DNA from: Octopus bimaculoides
Lineage: Eukaryota
Length of the DNA stretch: 64,000 nt
Reading direction: 5' to 3'
NCBI RefSeq assembly: GCF_001194135.2
Contig: NC_068982.1
Coordinates: forward strand, 38,566,821-38,630,820
Part shown: in pieces, positions 61,304-64,000 of the stretch
Layout: each line of letters opens with the position of its first letter
How positions within the stretch are numbered: position 1 is the first letter of the stretch
Made by a program: the position numbers and the translations under genes
Notes under the pieces: model-generated
Seen by the model: the letters and a program-made list of their open reading frames with translations, nothing else
The model's database searches: none
What the model was told of the DNA's origin: nothing

Positions 61304-61335
<32 letters not shown>

Positions 61336-62211
61336 ACACACACAGACACACACACACATACAGACACACTCACATATTTAAAAGTTTTTGTAAAAAAATA
61401 CTTCATATAGTCACAATCTTTAAAAAAGGTCTTTCAAAACTCATAAACTATTTTTTAAAATGATCTAGAGAACCGAATGCCACAAACCTTTGGGGAAGAG
61501 GTTTTTGCATACTATGTTTATACATGCTACACACACACACACACACACACATACACATGCACATGCACACACAAACAAAAACACACATATGCCATTTTTA
61601 AGAAACAAAGCATCAAGAACAGCTTTAACTAACTACTTGCTTTGTTCTCTACCACAAAGCTAATATACCTTACAATATTTGAAAACTGCCTATTTTAATG
61701 CCAGTATAATGTTAACATCCTTAAACCTGACACACAAATATCAAGATCAACTCTCAGCTGCCAGTAGGTGAATTTAGGAATTAATTCTGAACACATGAGA
61801 AAGCTATGTAGTTAAATCTTAATGAGATGTAGTTTTGACTTCATTAAATATTACTAGACAAAACACTGTACCTATTCTTATGTTTCCTCTAAAACCACAC
61901 TATACTCCTAAGTCTCAGTCTTGTAAAGTATGTAATGTTTGTATTTGACTAGTGGAGAATGCTGTTTAAGTTGAATGTGATGTGTATCAGAAACATAGTT
62001 TTTGCGTTTCTGATCAGATGGCGATAAGAGATGTATTATGTGTTGTTAGTGATCTATTTTTGTAGAGTCAGGATTCTAATTTCTGTATTTTTGGTCAGAA
62101 TGGATGTGTGATTGTGTATAGGGAGCTACAGGAGAAGATTATTGTTATGTCTTCAGTGAAAGATGCCATATGTACATTGTGGACAGAGATGAAAAGGTAT
62201 GAACATATATA

Positions 62212-63111
62212 TTAGGTTGTCAGATAAATTTATACATTTTTCTCTCATTTAGTTTTGTTCTTATTTTGCATCAACAATTTTTACAAATCAATCAATAATA
62301 TATTCTCCTTCATTGATCATAACTCTTAACCAATGTTCCACCGCTTGTCAATGTCTAGAAATCTCCAGGTTATGACTCAAATAATTAATTGAGCCACTAT
62401 TCAGCTCCATGTTGTTGAACAAACTATCCCGCACACTTTTGGTGTTTAACTGAGAAAAAGATATCTAAAGGCACTATACCAGGAGAATATAGTGGGTGCA
62501 ACAGTATTTTCCAACTGTGCTCTTGCAATGTCTACCTTCTGGGGCAAATTAGTGATATGAAGGTGAGTGTCGTCATGTTGAAGAAGTATATTGTGTTGCC
62601 ATTCAGCTTGTTTAACTGGCAGGGCAACAGTACCATGAAAGCATCTCATCTGTTGGACCAGTTCCCTTGTAGATTGATGTGGACCTTGTGGATAGGCTCA
62701 TTCAAGTCATCATCATTGAACAGAACAGGTTGAATAGAACATGGAGAGTCTGTGGGGTTGAATTTCCCTGCCTTGAAGCATGTAAACCATTTCTGTGCTG
62801 TTTTTATTTCTTTACTAATAGCACCTTCTCTATACACAACACAAACGCCATGAGTGACTGGCAGCTTTGGAACTTTGACCGAAAGAAAGAGAACCAGATG
62901 TTGAAAATGCTCATTTTTTTACTTCTTGGTAATCTGTAATTATCGTATGTCTGAAAAGAGGTAAAATTCATTTAAATATCAAACGTGTTAAACAAAAGTT
63001 ATAGAGGAAGAATACAGTACCAAAGAACCATAAAACACTGCAATAAAAATATTTTTCATGTTAATTCAAATGACATTGGAAAGAGACAAACAAATTTATC
63101 TAACAGCCTAG
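62212..63111 (-). mobile_element. 900-bp internally deleted mariner element
   Basis: TIRs TTAGGTTGTCAGATAAATTT (62212) and AAATTTATCTAACAGCCTAG (to 63111), flanked by TA. Transposase remnants YREGAISK..TAQKWFTCFKAGKF (HTH region) and ILLQHDDTHLH (HDNARPH-like); C-terminal region toward 62290. Confidence 0.9.
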
Positions 63112-64000
63112 TAGATTGAAAAGGTTAGGTGATATTCATAGCACTCTATTTGGAAGGCTAAAAATCTACAAGATTTTGCTGTATGTTTGAAAATCACTTG
63201 ACATTCTAAGGTGTAGTTAGCCAGTCGACATTATGTAATGTTGTCTAGTAAAATGGTGAGTATATTTATGATCAAGTAAAAGAAAACTGTTCAAAGTTTG
63301 ATGGATGTTTATAGTGTTTAGGTTAACTAGTGACCAATGCAGAAGAGATAAATGTGGAAGAAGGAAGATATAGCTTGGCAAGTAACATATAAAGACTGTT
63401 AATGCATGAAAATTTCTCAATTTATCAGATGATATTTTCTATCTAATTGATTCAGCTCCACTGATCCCCTTAAAGAAACAAAATGAAATAAGAATTTTGG
63501 TGTGATAATGAAAAGATAGTTGGCAAATTTGCTTGGAATGTATCATTAGATTGCAAGTTGAAAGAAGGCGATGTGAGGAGCACAGAATTATATTAGTGCT
63601 AAGAAAGGATTTGGCAGTATTCACGAAGAAGCATATTGTTGAGGCATAACTGTGGTTGCAAGAATTCACTTTTCCAAATACATGACCGGCCTATTTAAGC
63701 TGTAACTGGTTATAATAATAGAAGCTAACATGAAGTGGGTGTAACTGACACAATTCTACTTACAGTTGTTTGGCACATGCTGGAATTGGAATTGGAGCTT
63801 TTCCAGACAATGAGAAAATGTAGAACCTGGAACTAAGCAAGTTCACTTTTTATTTATCTTTACGTAGATTTTTTTAAAACAGCATATTGGAAGACATTCA
63901 GAAAACAAGGTTTCTTGATATGATTTTGCTGATAAAATTTCTTTACCTTGATCACAATCGCCACAGCAATCTATTATTGTCCACACATTTATTTCTACTT

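Overview
This is AT-rich, repeat-saturated eukaryotic genomic DNA with six N gaps. The SINE and LINE repertoire matches what I recall of octopus (coleoid cephalopod) genomes: tRNA-head SINEs with CORE-, Nin- and V-like bodies, RTE LINE tails ending in (GAT)n, and very dense microsatellites. That species assignment is inference. Almost all supplied ORFs are microsatellite or gap artefacts. The supportable protein-like content is decayed transposon sequence: four RTE LINE fragments, an RTE/BovB-like RT fragment, a CR1-like fragment, an R2/R4-type RLE fragment, a Penelope-like GIY-YIG endonuclease, two internally deleted mariner elements with intact TIR pairs and TA sites, two hAT-type elements with 8-bp TSDs and a TTAA-type MITE. 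Host-gene evidence is limited to splice-signal-defined exon candidates: a CpG/ACGT-rich putative bidirectional promoter near 18.7 kb, and a phase-compatible plus-strand exon chain at 30.7-43.5 kb that I cannot name. I found no rRNA, functional tRNA or CRISPR, and no convincing new biological system. The most interesting leads are a decayed hammerhead-ribozyme-like motif behind the Penelope endonuclease, a PHD-like C4HC3 finger inside the RTE RT, modular SINE body swapping, and inverted repeats that could be ADAR substrates.
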